Assembly (NCBI RefSeq): GCF_964194025.1
Contig: NC_134473.1
Span: forward strand, 71,114,001 to 71,178,000
DNA: 64,000 nucleotides
Direction: 5' to 3'
From: Convolutriloba macropyga
Taxonomy: Eukaryota
How positions within the stretch are numbered: the stretch's first letter is position 1; every line of letters starts with the position of its first letter. The notes beneath the pieces are model-generated. The model ran no database searches, was not told the origin of the DNA, and saw only the letters and a program-made list of their open reading frames with translations. The translations under genes were made by a program, and so were the position numbers. Positions 45,932-59,867 of this stretch are shown here, piece by piece.

Positions 45932-48689
45932 ACTTGTATTAGCACCGTTTTCAAATTAGAACATTTTCCGTTTGACAGTCATTGATAGAGCTGTCGATTG
46001 GTGGCTCTTTGTTTTGAATCAATATATTTAAAAGCAGCGTTCTCGTGGGGATCATTGCAAACAAAAAGCAGCAAAAAATTTCCTTTAGCGAGATTCTGAA
46101 AAGAATCTGTCATAGGCGCGAAGCGATAGCGAGTCTTATTGGTCTCATGGTTTTCTAAGAAGAGGAGGGACTCGAAGAGTTGTGGCGACTTTTTGTTTTT
46201 ACGACTTTAGGGAGCGAAAACCCGGAAGCGCAGGAAGTGAATCAAGTTTATTGAAGTTGTTTCGGTGAACAAATTCGAAGAGCAGGGAAAAGTATTTTTT
46301 CATACCTTCTTTTGCAGCAGTGAGAAAAATAGGTTCGAAGTTTGCGCTAAGCCGTTTTTTTTGTCAATTTGTAGCTTTCCATAGCAGTTTTTCAGTTTTA
46401 ACTGAACTTTATCGGATAAAAGTTTTGGTCTGAGATAACTAAACTAGTATTATTACGCTTGCAGGTCTTTTTGATCATCTGATAAGAATCTTTGACTTTC
46501 AGGCGCAATTTTGAGCTAGTTTTGCCATTTTGCCCTGTTGGATAGTTTTTTTTTGCAGTTTTTTGTAATCTTAATGCATTGTTTTTTATTGCATCTGGGA
46601 ATTTTTGGTTAAACTTAGTTATTTTATTGGTTTAGTAGGTCTTTTATTTTAATAGATTTTAATTTTGATTTATATTTGCAATAATTTGGGTAATTTTAAT
46701 CAAATATATGCTTTTTGCTAACTTTTTAAGTGTTGAGGCTATTTCTTCTGAATTAAGCGTTTGGTAAAAGCTCTTTTGCTCAATATTTAACCTAGAGCTA
46801 TAGTATAGGTATTGCTACTCAGACTGTTCAAGGTTTAATACATTGCAATTTTTATAGAAAAAAGTTATAAAATTGTAATTCTCCGATTTTTTGTTGTTTG
46901 CCTTTTTATTTTTGTTGATCATTGCTGTAGCTCGAGTTGCGTAGATCATTGATCGAGTGGATGAATTTATTAAAGGCTTCCCGGAATAACAATCGAGAGG
47001 CAGCACTTCAACTTTAGAAGACTTATTTTTTTTATTTCCTTTTCCTTGGTTTTCTCTGTATGTGTCGTTTTTGTTATTATTTTTATCAAAAGCTGGTCAG
47101 TTGCTGAATGAGGGTTATTTGTGTGAAGAATATTTTGATGGATGTGTTCTCGGTGGCGCAGTTTGGGATAAAATTTAATTAGATTTTTCCAAATATCGAT
47201 TTCGGACTTTCTCATGTTAGCGTTTCTCTGTTGTTGTTAGGTATTGATTAGTAGATTTACTTATTAGGCTCATTTGGCTCATTGAGTGTTTGGCTTGGGC
47301 CTAAATGAATGTGTACTTCGAATCGGTTCCGGAGTCTTTCGGCTTTCTTTTCTATAATTTAAAGAATTTGAGTTCTATTGGGACACTTTTTTGGGATCTG
47401 TTAACACTGAGTCATTCACACAAGTCAGAGTGATGTTACTGGTCATGCCAAACAAGGAAATGGAGCAAAAGTGCGGGCTTGATAAAGGTGGTTTTGAGGC
47501 ATGAAATTTTTCACTCTGATTTTAAAGTGAGAAATCGATTTTTTCTGTTTGTTTATTTTTGTTATTGGATTTTTTTTGCAATTGAGTTTACTAATCCATT
47601 GATAGCAGACTTGTCCTGCTGGTTAATTACTCTCGAACAAAATTTGTTGCATTTATATTAGTCCTGTGTTGTTTTTTATGGGATTTTTTTGCTTGAACGC
47701 TTTTTCGGCTGACCGATTTGACTTTTGTCCTCAAAACAGGATAAACAAGCAGCGACCGGTGGGTAATAAGTTTTGAGCAGCTCTCACAGAGCCTTGTGGC
47801 TTTCTAGTTTCCAATTATGAGATTAACCAAAACTTTTTTGAGGAAAAAATTCAGTATGTCAAGGAGGGTTGTTAATCTTGAAAGCTTGAAACTGCGCACC
47901 AAATTAGAACACATTTTGACAGAACAAATTCTGTCAGTTTTTATCTTTGGTGGTTTCAAATCCGGATTTGCGTCAAGCGTGTATTTGCCGACTATGTTGA
48001 GAAAAATTAAATGATTTTTCCAAATTAATATTTTGATTTGTTTCTATTGATTTGTTTTTTGACTTTTTTTTCTAAAACGGGATAAAAAGTAAGCGCCGGG
48101 AGGGCAATAAGTTATTAAGCAGCTCTCTTTAAGCCTTCCGGATTACTAGTTCCTATGTATGAGATTTGCCAAAACTTTTTTCAGGAGACAAATTCAGTGT
48201 GTGAAGGGCGGTTCTTAATCTTAAATGCTTAAAATTGCACAACAAATTAGAATACATTTTGACACAACAATTTCTGGCGATTTTTTTTCTTTTTTGTTTC
48301 AAGTCCCAATGCGTGTTAAGTTGGTCAATGGCGGCTACTTGACGCCTGTTATGAAAAATGAATTAAAGTTTCCAGTTTCTTTCGGTTAATTTATTCTCTG
48401 ACTCAGGTTTTTCTACGCTTTGATGCGTGCTGATAGCAGATACTAGTTACTTGAAAGGCTAGTTGTTTTTAGGCTACAACCAATTAAAGTCATTTACGAA
48501 ATTCTTGTTCTTTTATTGGTTAAATGTCTCTGAAACAGAATGTGAAATCTTGCAAAGTGTTTCTGGAAATTTGTTGAAAACGAGAAAGAAAAGGTGGAGA
48601 GCATTGGTGGTTTTTAATTGATCCCGAACGCTTTTGCGATCTTGTTCTGATTATTCTTTGACTTCTTCTTCTTTACTTTTTAGTTCTTT

Positions 48690-51600
48690 TTGTTTTTTGT
48701 AGACCGATTTGGTCAAAAATTTAAAATTACATTAGATTTTTACATTACCGTGTTAAATGCTGAGTTTTTGTTGATTAGTATGAATAATAAGTAGTTAATA
48801 TCATTAAATTTTATTAGGTCAAGTGTTGGAACTTTGGTCCGCTTTTGGGTTTATGGTTGTTTCTGCCAGGAGCAAACAATCGATTGATTGATGGTCCTTA
48901 TGATACTCAAATTACTCAAATAAACCTTTTCTTTTTTCTTTTCGTTTTCATTTTTCATTTAATGTCCTGTATGTTGTCTCAGTAGCCACTGAAAATTTAA
49001 AAACAAATTTTTTTAAAGGCTTTGGCGAACATTGGTTGACCAAATAACGCCTTTCGATTTGTATAGAATTTTCCGACAAGTAAGAATATTAATTGATCGA
49101 CTATGTTTTGGTCAATGAAACGCAATAATGATCCTACTTTTAGAAAAAAATTAGGATTTTCAAAAATATAGTTTTCACCAGCATTAAAAACAGAAATTGA
49201 ATCAAACTGATTTTTCGTTTTATTTTTCACCAGCTATTTCATTTCACTTTTTAGCGTTTTTTCCGACTTGAATTGATTCGAGTTGGTTTTCGAGTTGACA
49301 CGACCATATCGTTACACGCCAAGTAATCTGTCTTCTTCAATGACTTTTAACAATACACAGCAGTTGAATTTGTTGGTGGCGTCCATTTTTTGAATCTTTT
49401 TGTATAGGTTTTATGGAGAATTGTAAGTCATTCCGTGAAATTGCAAACACAATTCTTCATGGGAAAGACAAAGTTAATAAATTGAATTTTAACCAATTAA
49501 TTGATAGAGAGGTTTTGTGGTAGACTTGATTGCTTTTGAAAAATGATTTTTTGACTTTCTGTGATCTCGATTCCTCTCAAAATTAGTTTCGGAAGCTGAA
49601 AGACCTTGATTAATAATCTATTTTCTTACTGCCTGCAGCACAAATTTTTTTTGTCGACTGACTTGGTCAAAAATTTAAAATTACTTTAGATTTTTTGTTG
49701 GTGTGTTAAGTGATGAATTTTTGTTGTGATTAGTATGAATAATAAGTAGTTAATATCATAAATATTAGATTTGTCAAATGTTGTTAATTTAGTACGTTTT
49801 TGGTTTATGGTTGTTTTTGCCAGGAGCAAACAATCGAATGATTGATGGTCCTTTTGATACTCAGATTAATCCAATAAACCATTTCTCATATTTTTAAGTT
49901 TTGTTTTTTTCGTTTTTGTTTTCTATTTAAATTCCTCTATGTTGTTTCGATAGCCAGTTAAAACCTAAGAACAATTTTTTTAAGGCTTTTCCGAACAACA
50001 TTTGACCAAATAATGTCCCTCAATTTTTATAAAAATTTCTGTAAGTAAACTAAAATTTGAATTTTTTGTCTTGTCTTTTCCCTTTTCCTCGACGTTTTAT
50101 GCTTCTGTTGTTCTTATTAATTTGTAGACTATATTTTGCTCAATGAATCATATTATTGATCCTACTTTAAAAAAATAAGATTTCTAAAAATTTAGTTTTC
50201 ACCAGCATTTTAAGCAGAAATTGAATCAGACTGCTTTTTCATTTTCTTTTTCACTAGCTATTTCATTTCACTTTTAAGCAATTTTTCCAAATTGAGTTGA
50301 TTCGAATTGATTCTGGAGTCTTCTGATAACGTTTTCTAATTTGTTTCTTCATTACTTTGTCACGACCATATCGTTACACGCCAAGTAGTCGGTGTCTTTA
50401 TCAATGACTTTTTGTTGACAAAACACTGCAGTTAAGTTTGTTCGTGGCGTCCATTTTTTGAATAGTTTTGTACAGGTGTTATGGGAAATTGTGAGTAACT
50501 TTGTGAACTTGCAAATACAATTCTTAAAGTGAGAAGACATAGTTAATAAATTGTTTTTTTAAATATTTGATAGAGGTTTCGTGGTAGACTTGATTGCTTT
50601 TGCAAAATGGTTTTTGACTTTCTGGGATCTTGATTCCTTTGAAAATTAGTTTTGGAAGCTGAAAGACATTGCTTAAAAATCTATTTTCTACTATCTGTAA
50701 CACAAATATTTTTTATCGACCGATGAGGTCGAAAATTTAAAATTACATTAGGTTTTTACATTACTGTGTTAAATGGTGAATTTTTGTTGATTAGTATGAA
50801 TAATAATTAGCTAATATCATAAAAAAAATTTAGTCAAATGTTGGTATTTCAGTCTTTATTTGGCTTTATGTTTGTTTTTGCCAGGAGCAAACATTGGAAT
50901 GGTTGAACGTCCTTTGATACTCAACTTACTCAAGTAAACCATTTCGCATGTTTTTTTTACAAGTGTTTGTTTTCTTTTTGTTTTTTATTTAATGTCCTTT
51001 TTGTTGTCTCGGTAGTCACTAAAAATATAAAAGCAAATGTTTTTTAAAGGCTTTGGCGAACAATGTTTGACCAAATATTGTGTCTCAATTTGCATAGAAA
51101 TTTCCGAAAATTAAGAATAGATTTTGAAATTTTCGTCTTTTCTTTTCCCTTTTCCTGGCGTTCTGTGCTTCGTTTGTTCTTATTAATTTGTCGACTATGT
51201 TTTGCTCACTGAATCATATTAACGATCCTATTTCAAAAAAATTAGGATTTCTAAGAATATAGTTTTCACCAGCATTAAAACCAGAAATTGAATCAGACTG
51301 TTTTCATTTTATTTTTCACGAGCTGTTTCATTTCACTTTTTAGCATTTTTCTCCAAATTGAATTAATTTGAGTTGATTCTCGAGTTGACACGACCATATC
51401 GTTACACGCCAAGTAATTAAAGTGTCTTTTTCAATGACTTTTAAAAATACACAGCAGTTAACTTTGTTCGTGGCGTCCACTTTTTGAATCTTTTTGTATA
51501 GGTTTTATGGAGAATTGGGAGTAATTCCTTGAAACTGCAAACACAATTCTTGATGGGACAGACAAAGTTAATAAATTGAATTTTTAACTAATTAATTGAT

Positions 51601-54600
51601 AGAGAGGTTTTGTGGTAGACTTGTTTGCTTTTGGAAAACGGTTTTTGACTTGGTGATCTTGATTCCTCTGAAAATTAGGTTTGGCTGAAAGACCTTGTTT
51701 AAAATTCTATTTTCTGACTACCTGAAGCACAAATGTTTTTTAAAGACCGATTTGGTCAAAAATTTAAAAAAATTATATTTTTTCATTGCTGTGTTAAATG
51801 CTGAATTTTTGTTCAGTTTAGTTTGAATAATAAGTACCTAATAATCATAAAAATAATTTTTTGGAATGTTGGTATTTCAGTCCGTATTTCGGTTTATGCT
51901 TGTTTTTGGCAGGAGCAAACAATCGAATGATTGAAGGTCCTTTGAGACTCAATTTACTCAAACAAAACTTTTCGCATGTGTTTTATACAAGTTTTTTTTT
52001 CTTTTTGTTTTTTGTTTTTTTATTTGATGTCCTGTATGTTGTCTCGGGAGCCACTGAAAATTTTAAAATAAATGTTTTTTAAAGGCTTTGGCGAACAATG
52101 GTTGACCAAATAACGTGTCTCAAATTGTACAGAAATTGCCGAAAAGTAAGAATATTATTTGGTCGACTATGATTTGGTCAATGAATCGCATTAATGATCC
52201 TACTTTAAAAAAAATTAAGATTTCTGAAAATAATGTTTTCACCAGCATTTTAAGCAAAATTGAATAAGACTGCTTATTCTATTTTTTTCCAGCTATTTGT
52301 TTTCACTTTTTAGCACTTTTTAGAAAATGAGTTGATTCGAGTTGTTTCCGGAGTCTTCTGGTAACGTTTTCTAATTTGTGTCTGCCTTTTTTGTCACGAC
52401 CATATCGTTACACGCCAAGTAGTCAAATCGTCTTTTTCAATGAGTTTTGACAATACATTGCAGTTAAATTTGTTCGTGGCGTCCATTTTTTGACTCAAAT
52501 TGCATAGTCTTCATGGAAAATTCTGTGAACTTGCAAACACAATTCTTGAAGGGAGATGTCAAAGTATAATAATTAATTGATAGAGAGGTTTTGTGTTAAA
52601 CTTGATTGCCTTGGGAAATTGGTTTTTTCGATTTTCTGTGATCTTGATTCCTCTGAAAATTTGTTTTGAAAGTTGAAAGTTCTTGTTTAAAAATCTATTT
52701 TCTTGCTACCTGTAGCACCAATGTTTTTTTTCTAATGATTTGGTCAAAAATTTTAAATACATTAGATTTTTACATTATCGTGTTAAATGCTGATGTTTTG
52801 TTGATTAGTATGAATAATAATTAGTTAATATCATTAAATTTTATTAGGTCAAGTGTTGGAACTTTGGTCTGTTTTTGGGTTTATGGTTGCTTTTGCCAGG
52901 AGCAAACAATCGAATGATTGATGGTACTTGTGATAATCAAATTACTCAAATAAACCATTTCTCATGTTTTTTATACCAGTTTTGTTTTCTTTTCGTTTTT
53001 GTTTTTCTTTTAATGTCCTTTATGTTGTCTCGGTAGTCACTAAAAATCTAAAAGAAAGTGTTTTTTAAAGGCATTGGCGAACAATGTTTGACCAAATAAC
53101 GTCTCTCAAATTGTATAGAAATTTCCGAAAAGTAAGAATATTAATTGGTCGGCTATGATTTGGTCAATGAATCGCAATAATGATCCTACTTTAAAAAAAT
53201 GAAGATTTCTAAAATATAGTTTTCTTCATCGTTAAAACCAGAAATTGAATCAGACTGTTTTTTCATTTTATTTTTCACCAGCTATTTCATTTCACTTTTT
53301 AGCATTTTTTTCCAAATTGAATTGATTCGAGTTGATTCTAGAGTTGAAACGACCATATCGTTACACGACAAATAAACAATGTGTCTTTTTCAATTACTTT
53401 TAACAATACACATCAGTTGAATTTGTTCGTGGCGTCCATTTTTTGAATATTTTTGTATAGGTTTTATCGGAGAATTGTGAGTAATTCCGTGAAATTGCAA
53501 ATACAATTCTTGATGGGAAAGACAAACTTAATAAATTGAATTTTTAACTAATTAATTGATAGAGAGGTTTTTGGTAGACTTGTTTGCTTTTGGAAAACGG
53601 TTTTTGACTTTCTGTGATCTTGATTCCTCTGAAAATTAGTTTTGGAAGCTGAAAAACCTTGTTTATAAATCTATTTTCTGACTACTTGAAGCACAAATGT
53701 TTTTTGTAGACCGATTTAGTCGAAAATTTAAAACTACATTAGATTTTTACATTGCTGTGTTAAATGCTGAATTTTTCTGATTAGTATGATTAATAAGTAG
53801 CTAATATCATAAAAATAAATTAGTCAAATGTTGGTTTTTCAGTCTGTATCTGGATTTATGGTAGTTTTTGCCAGAAGCAAACAATCGAATGGCTGAAGGT
53901 CCTTTGATACTCAACTTACTCAAATAAACCATTTCGCATGCTTTTTATACAAGTTTTTGTGTTTGCTTTTTGTTTTGGTTTTTTATTGTCCTGTTTGTTG
54001 TCTCGGTAGCCACTGAAAATTTAAAAACAAATGTTTTTTAAAGGCGTTGGCGAACAATGGTTGACCAAATAACGTCTCTCAAATTGTATAGAAATTTCCG
54101 AAAAGTAAGAATATTAATTGGTCGGCTATGTTTTGGTGAATGAATCGCATTAATGATTCTACTTTTAAAAAATTAAGATTTATGAAAATATAGTTTTCAC
54201 CAGCATTTTAAGCAGAAATTGAATAAGACTGCTGTTTTCATTTTATTTTTTACCAGCTATTTCATTTCACTTTTTAGCATTTTTTCCGAATTGAGTTGAT
54301 TCGAGTTGTTTCCGGAGTTTTCTGGTAACGTCTTCTAATTTGTGTCTTCCTTTTTTTTGTCAAGACCATATCGTTACACCCCAAGTAGTCAAATTGTCTT
54401 TTTCAATGACTTTCAACAATACACAGCAGTTAAATTTGTTGGTGGCGTCCATGTTTTGAATCATATTGTTTAGGTTTCATGGAAAATTCTGTGAACTTGC
54501 AAACAGAATTCTTGAAGGGAGAAATCAAAGTTTAATAATTAATTGATAAAGAGGTTTTGTGGTAGACTTGATTGCCTTGGGAAATTGGTTTTTTCGACTT

Positions 54601-54850
54601 TCTGTGATCTTGATTCCTCTGAAGATTTGTTTTGAAAGCTGAAAGACCTTGATTAATAATCTATTTTCTTACTGCCTGTAGCACCAATATTTTTTTTATC
54701 TAATGATTTGGTCAAAAATTTTAAATACATTAGATTTTTACATTATCGTGTTAAATGCTGATTTTTTGTTGATTAGTATGAATAATAATTAGTTAATATC
54801 ATTAAATTTTATTAGGTCAAGTGTTGGAACTTTGGTCTGTTTTTGGTCTT
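48690..54850. repeat. ~1.0-kb tandem satellite, about 6 units, organised as a ~2-kb A/B higher-order repeat
   Basis: GACCATATCGTTAC at about 49302, 50363, 51392, 52398, 53351 and 54364; CCAGGAGCAAACA-type motif at similar spacing. Confidence 0.92.
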
Positions 54851-55741
54851 TCGACATACGTAACGATATGGTCTGATAAAGCGTAAGGTTCGCAGTTTTT
54901 GTCAGAGGGTTTCTGTTCTCAAATGATTACTACAATCAATGCTATGAGACTGCCAAATATCCCCCTGCCAAATTTTGTCTCCGTAATAATTAATTGAGTT
55001 TTTTCATAGCAAGAAGTTTTTGTTCTCGAGGTAGATACCTTTTCATTGGTAGTGACAATTTAGATACAAAAAATTGTCACAGGAATGTTTACCATTTTTT
55101 TCAAGTTCTTTTTTTTAATTTGTTCTTAGTTTTTAGGTGTTTGAATTTTGTGCAATGAAACGTAATAATGGCTTGCGAATTGGCTGGTTAAACGTTTCAG
55201 GTGCCATAGAAGCGATGATTTTGAAGACAATAGTTTCTTCGAAAAAATGAGCAATCGTTTATAAACCTTCGCAAATGTTTATTCTAGTTTTTTAAACATT
55301 TTTGTATTAAATTGCTCTCAAATGAAGTTTGTTGCAATTATGTTAGTATGGGGCTTTCCTTTATGCAATTTTTGTCTTGGTCGATTTTTCGACTTACCCT
55401 TTAAACTTTACGTCCTCATAAAGGGAATAAATAGTTAAAGCCCGGAAGGCATAAAGTAGCTTAGCAGCTATCTTAGTACCTTATGCAATAGTGGTCTCTT
55501 AGGCTGAGCAGCTATCTTAGAGCCTTACCCAAATGTAGTCTCTTGGTATGCAAGTAACTGAAACTGTTTTGAGGAGACAATTTCAGTATCTGAAGGACGG
55601 TTCTTCATCTTAAAAGGTTGTCCAACCTCAGTCAATCCCCCTGAGTTACCCCCACTCTGAGTCAGTTCACGCAACAGTCACCCCCGTACTCCTCCTCAAC
55701 CTGGCAATTTCAACCCCCTTTTGTACAGCCTTCCTCACCCT

Positions 55742-55763
55742 CCCCCCCCCCCCCCCCCCCCCC
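55742..55763. repeat. Poly-C tract (22 nt) in the C-rich core of a family B fragment
   Basis: Direct reading. Confidence 0.9.
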
Positions 55764-56312
55764 TCTAAAAGCTTGACCGTTATGTTTTTCGCCTTGTTTG
55801 TCCCTTATTTGTCCAAAACGATTCTTGGTTAAACCCATCAAAATCAGTTTTGATATCTGTTTGATTTCGTCGATTTTGCGTGTGTCACAGGAATCAGAAG
55901 ACAAGAGCGCAGAAAATGCGGTGACCTTTGAGGGTCGTCAAGGCTACCCAAAAATTGCTACCAAACTTTCAATTCGTAAGAAAAACTTTGTGGTTAATTT
56001 TGAGGGATTGTTGATTTCGTTTATACAACAATTTGAAAGGAAACATGATTTTATATAATATAAACGACTATCGTCGGACGAATTGCTTTCAAACGACAGG
56101 CGAGAAGTTACCCTCGATAATAAATAGCTTGGGCTTAGAGAGTCTATTATCAGGGGGGTTCGGAGCATGGGTAGGGTCAGCAGAGGGGGTCTCAAAGGGT
56201 GGGGTCAGGTGTGCCTGGGTCAAGTGTGCGGGGATAGGGTTGCAATGAGAAGATAAGGGTGAACGTGGGGAGGTAAGGGGTAAGACGAAGTGAGGGCAAG
56301 TAGGGGGCATCT

Positions 56313-59070
56313 AATTGCCCTTCACACTGTTTTTTCTTCTCGCAAGCTTCGATAAACTGTACAGTTAGCAACTAGCAGAGATCTAAGAGAGCTGCTCAAT
56401 GACTTAATGCCATCTATGACGCGAAACTCATTCACTTCTATTTACTATTCTATAGAAACCATGTTTTGAAGATACTGTAACCTTTTGCAACTCCTTTAGA
56501 ATACGGCAATCTGTAGCAGACATTTATACATCTATATAATGATGTGTAAATTTTTTGGCTAGTAGTCACATTGAAAAAATGTTGTTTACACCAGCAAAAT
56601 TTTTAACGATGGAAAAAATGTTCTTTTTTTCGAAAAATGGGACATGTGAAAATTAACGAGTTATTTAAAAATGAAGGGGGAAAAATAAAGAGGGATGTGA
56701 AAACGAAACAACAACAGACGCTTGTCATTAAAATGTATGTCAGTTTTTTAAATTGATTTTTTGCTTTTCTTAAAGAGGTTTCACTTCTGATGAACTAAAT
56801 AGACTGATGGCAAGATTTATCAACATTGCTTGCTTGAGAAAGTTGCGGCAACTGACTTTTGAGTCAGTTAAGACAAAACCAATCACTGATTTTTCCCTGG
56901 ATTGTTACACAATAGGCAGCAAGTGAAAAAAGGGAACAAGAAACACTTAGATACACATTGGGCAACTCGTTCGGGATGGGCGAATGAGCTCTAGTTGAAA
57001 AAATTTTTAACTTTCCTAGTTAGTTCGTGTTTTGAAAGCCGCAGATCAGCTAAATTCCCGGTTCGAACTCAAAGCCTCCGCTCCCCCTTTTGTATGGCTG
57101 ATTATATGTCGTTGTCACCTAGCTTAAATTTATTACCTGTCTTTCGAAGTAAAAATAAATATGATTAATTTGTGGGCGCATTTGCAATTGTCTCTCGCAA
57201 TGATGTCTGTTTCATTTTTGGCGCATCGACAATTGCCCTTCACAGTGTGGTTTTTTCCTCTCACAAACTTTGATAAATTGTACAGTTAGTGTTAGTGACT
57301 AGAAGAGATCTAAGAGCACTGCTCAATGACTTAATGCCATATATGACGCGAAACTCATTCACTTCCATTTACTAATCTGGAGAAACCATGTATTGAAGAT
57401 ACTGTACCCTTTTGCCACTCCGTTAGAATATGGCAATATGTAGCAGAAATTTATACATCTGTATAATTTTATGTGTAAATTTTAATGGCTAGTAGTAACC
57501 TTGAAAAAAGTTGTTTACACCGGCAAAAATTTTATTGATAGCAATTTTTTTTAATCGAAAAATGGGATACGTGAAAATTATAGAGTTGTTTAAAAGTAAG
57601 GAGGGATAAAAATAAAGAGGGAAGTGAAAACTAATAAACCACAGACGCTTGTCATGAAAATGTGTGTCCGTTTTTTATTGATTTTTTCCTTTCTTGATCA
57701 AGGTTTCACTTCTGATGTTGAACTAAATAATTTGATGGCAAGATTTATCAATATTGTTTGCTTAAGAAAGTTGCGGCAACTGAGTTTTGAGTCAATTAAG
57801 ACAAAATTCAAGCATTGATTTTTCACTTGATTGTTACACAATGGGCTACAAAAGAATGAAGGGAACAAGAAATACTTAGAGAAGCAATGGCAAACTCGTT
57901 TGGGATGGGCAAATAAGCTCTAGTTGAAAAGTTTTTAAAATTTCTTAATCAGTTCGTGTTTTGAAGGTCGCAGCGAAGATAAATTCTCGTTTCTAACTCA
58001 AAGCGTTCGCTCCTCCTTTAGTATGGCTTATTATATGTCGTTGTCACCTAGCTCAGGTTTAATACCAGCCTTTCGAAATCCCAAACAATAAAATTGATTA
58101 TTTTTTGGGCGCGTTTTGCAATTGTCTCTCGTAATGTATTTTTGATTTTGGGCACATCGACAAATGCCCTTCAAACTATGGTTTTTTCTAGCAAACTTCG
58201 ATAAATTGTACTCTTAGTGACTAGAAGAGATCTAAGAGAGCTGCTCAATGACTTAATTCCATCTATGACGCGGAACTCGATCACTTCCATTTACTGTTCT
58301 ATAGAAGATACTGTGCCTTTTAAACACTCCGTTAGAATATGGCAATATGTAGCAAAATTTTGTACACCTATATAATGATATGAGGAAATTTTATTGGCTG
58401 GTAGTCACATTGAAAAAAGTTGTTTACACCTGCAAAAATTTTATTGATAACGAATTTTTTTTTCGAAAAATGGGATATGTGAAAATAAAAGAGTTATTTA
58501 AATGTAAAGAGGGATAAAAATAAAGAGGGAAGTGAGAACTAATAAACCACAGATGCTTGTCATTAAAATATATGTCAGTTTTTCCTATTGAGTTTTTGAT
58601 TTTTTAATGAGGTTTCGCTTCTGATGTTGAACTTAATAGACTGATGACAAAATCTATCAACATTGGTTGCTTAAGAAAGTTGCGGCAACTGAGCTCTAAG
58701 TCCGTTAAAACAAAATTCAAGCATTGGTTTTTCACCGGATTGTTACACAATAGGCTACAAGAGACAGAAGGGAACAAGCAACACTTCGAGAAGCAGCATT
58801 GGACAACTCGTTGGGGATGAATAAGCTCAAGTTAAAAAATATTTAAACTTTTTTAATTAGTTCGTGTTTTGAAAGCCGCTGAGAAGCTAAGTTCCCGGTC
58901 GATTTCAGATCTTCTGTTTTCCCTTTTATATGGCTTATTATAAGTCGTTGTCACCTATTCTAGGTTGAATACCTGTCTTTCGAAATCCTAATCAATGCAA
59001 TTGATTAAATTTGGCGCATTTTGCAATTGTCTCCCGTAATGATGTCTGTTTCATTTTTGGCACATTGACA
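56313..59070. repeat. ~0.92-kb tandem repeat, 3 units
   Basis: Unit starts AA(T/A)TGCCCTTCA at about 56313, 57231 and 58162. Shared GAGATCTAAGAG..CTGCTCAATGACTTAAT and AAAGTTGCGGCAACTGA blocks. Confidence 0.92.
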
Positions 59071-59361
59071 GGCGCCAATTAGGTTTTCAAGAACAAAAAG
59101 ACAACGCGAAACAAAACGTCGCGTTTTTGGTTGCATTGTTATAAAATACCAAATGTTAATGCGACAGCTTAAAATATACTATCAGATGTTATGGCAGAAA
59201 ATTCCGCCGTTCGCAAAAAAGTTGGCATTTTTTCACCAATACTTGTTGCGTTTGGTATATATACAGTTTCAACCCGAAAACTGTAGACCCTTTAATTTGA
59301 GACAACTTTAATTTGAGTACTTAAGTGGTTCATTGCAAACCGAACGGCGGGTTTTGGATGA

Positions 59362-59469
59362 ATGGCTCTCGTAGGCAACCCGAAGTGGTACTGTGTTATT
59401 CTGTGTGTTCTACTATGTCATGTGGCTATTGTCAGTGGTCAAGCAGCGGGTGAAGATATTGCTGGAAAG
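59362..59469 (+). CDS. First coding exon (signal peptide) of a secreted or membrane LDLa-domain protein
   Basis: MALVGNPKWYCVILCVLLCHVAIVSG-QAAGEDIAGK has a hydrophobic core and a VSG|Q cleavage-like site; AAG|GTATTT donor, phase 0. Confidence 0.7.
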
Positions 59470-59604
59470 GTATTTTAAAAAACAATCATAACTACTGTCA
59501 TAACTGCTGTCATATATGCATTTAATTGGACCATTTTTAACGAAAGAATTTTTACTTGTTTTTGATATTTGAGGTCTTTGACAATATAAACACCGAGATA
59601 TTTG

Positions 59605-59867
59605 ATTTCTGCTTTCGAACTTATTAATTGGTCTCCACCTTTTAATGTTGTTTGGTCTTGAGGATTAGAGCTACCAAAAATAATAAACTCTGTTTATCCG
59701 GATTGATCTTGAGGCGATGTAATTTAGAAAAGTATACAATTATTTACATTACATCACCTCAATGTCAATCCGGATAAAACAGAAATTATTATTTTTGGTC
59801 GCTCTATTCCTCAAGACGAAACGACATTAAAAGTTGGAGACCAATAAATAAGTTCGAAAGCAGAAAT
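59605..59867. mobile_element. Foldback/MITE-like imperfect palindrome (arms ~115 bp)
   Basis: ATTTCTGCTTTCGAACTTATT..ATCCGGATTGA.. is mirrored by ..TCAATCCGGAT..AATAAGTTCGAAAGCAGAAAT. Confidence 0.85.
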
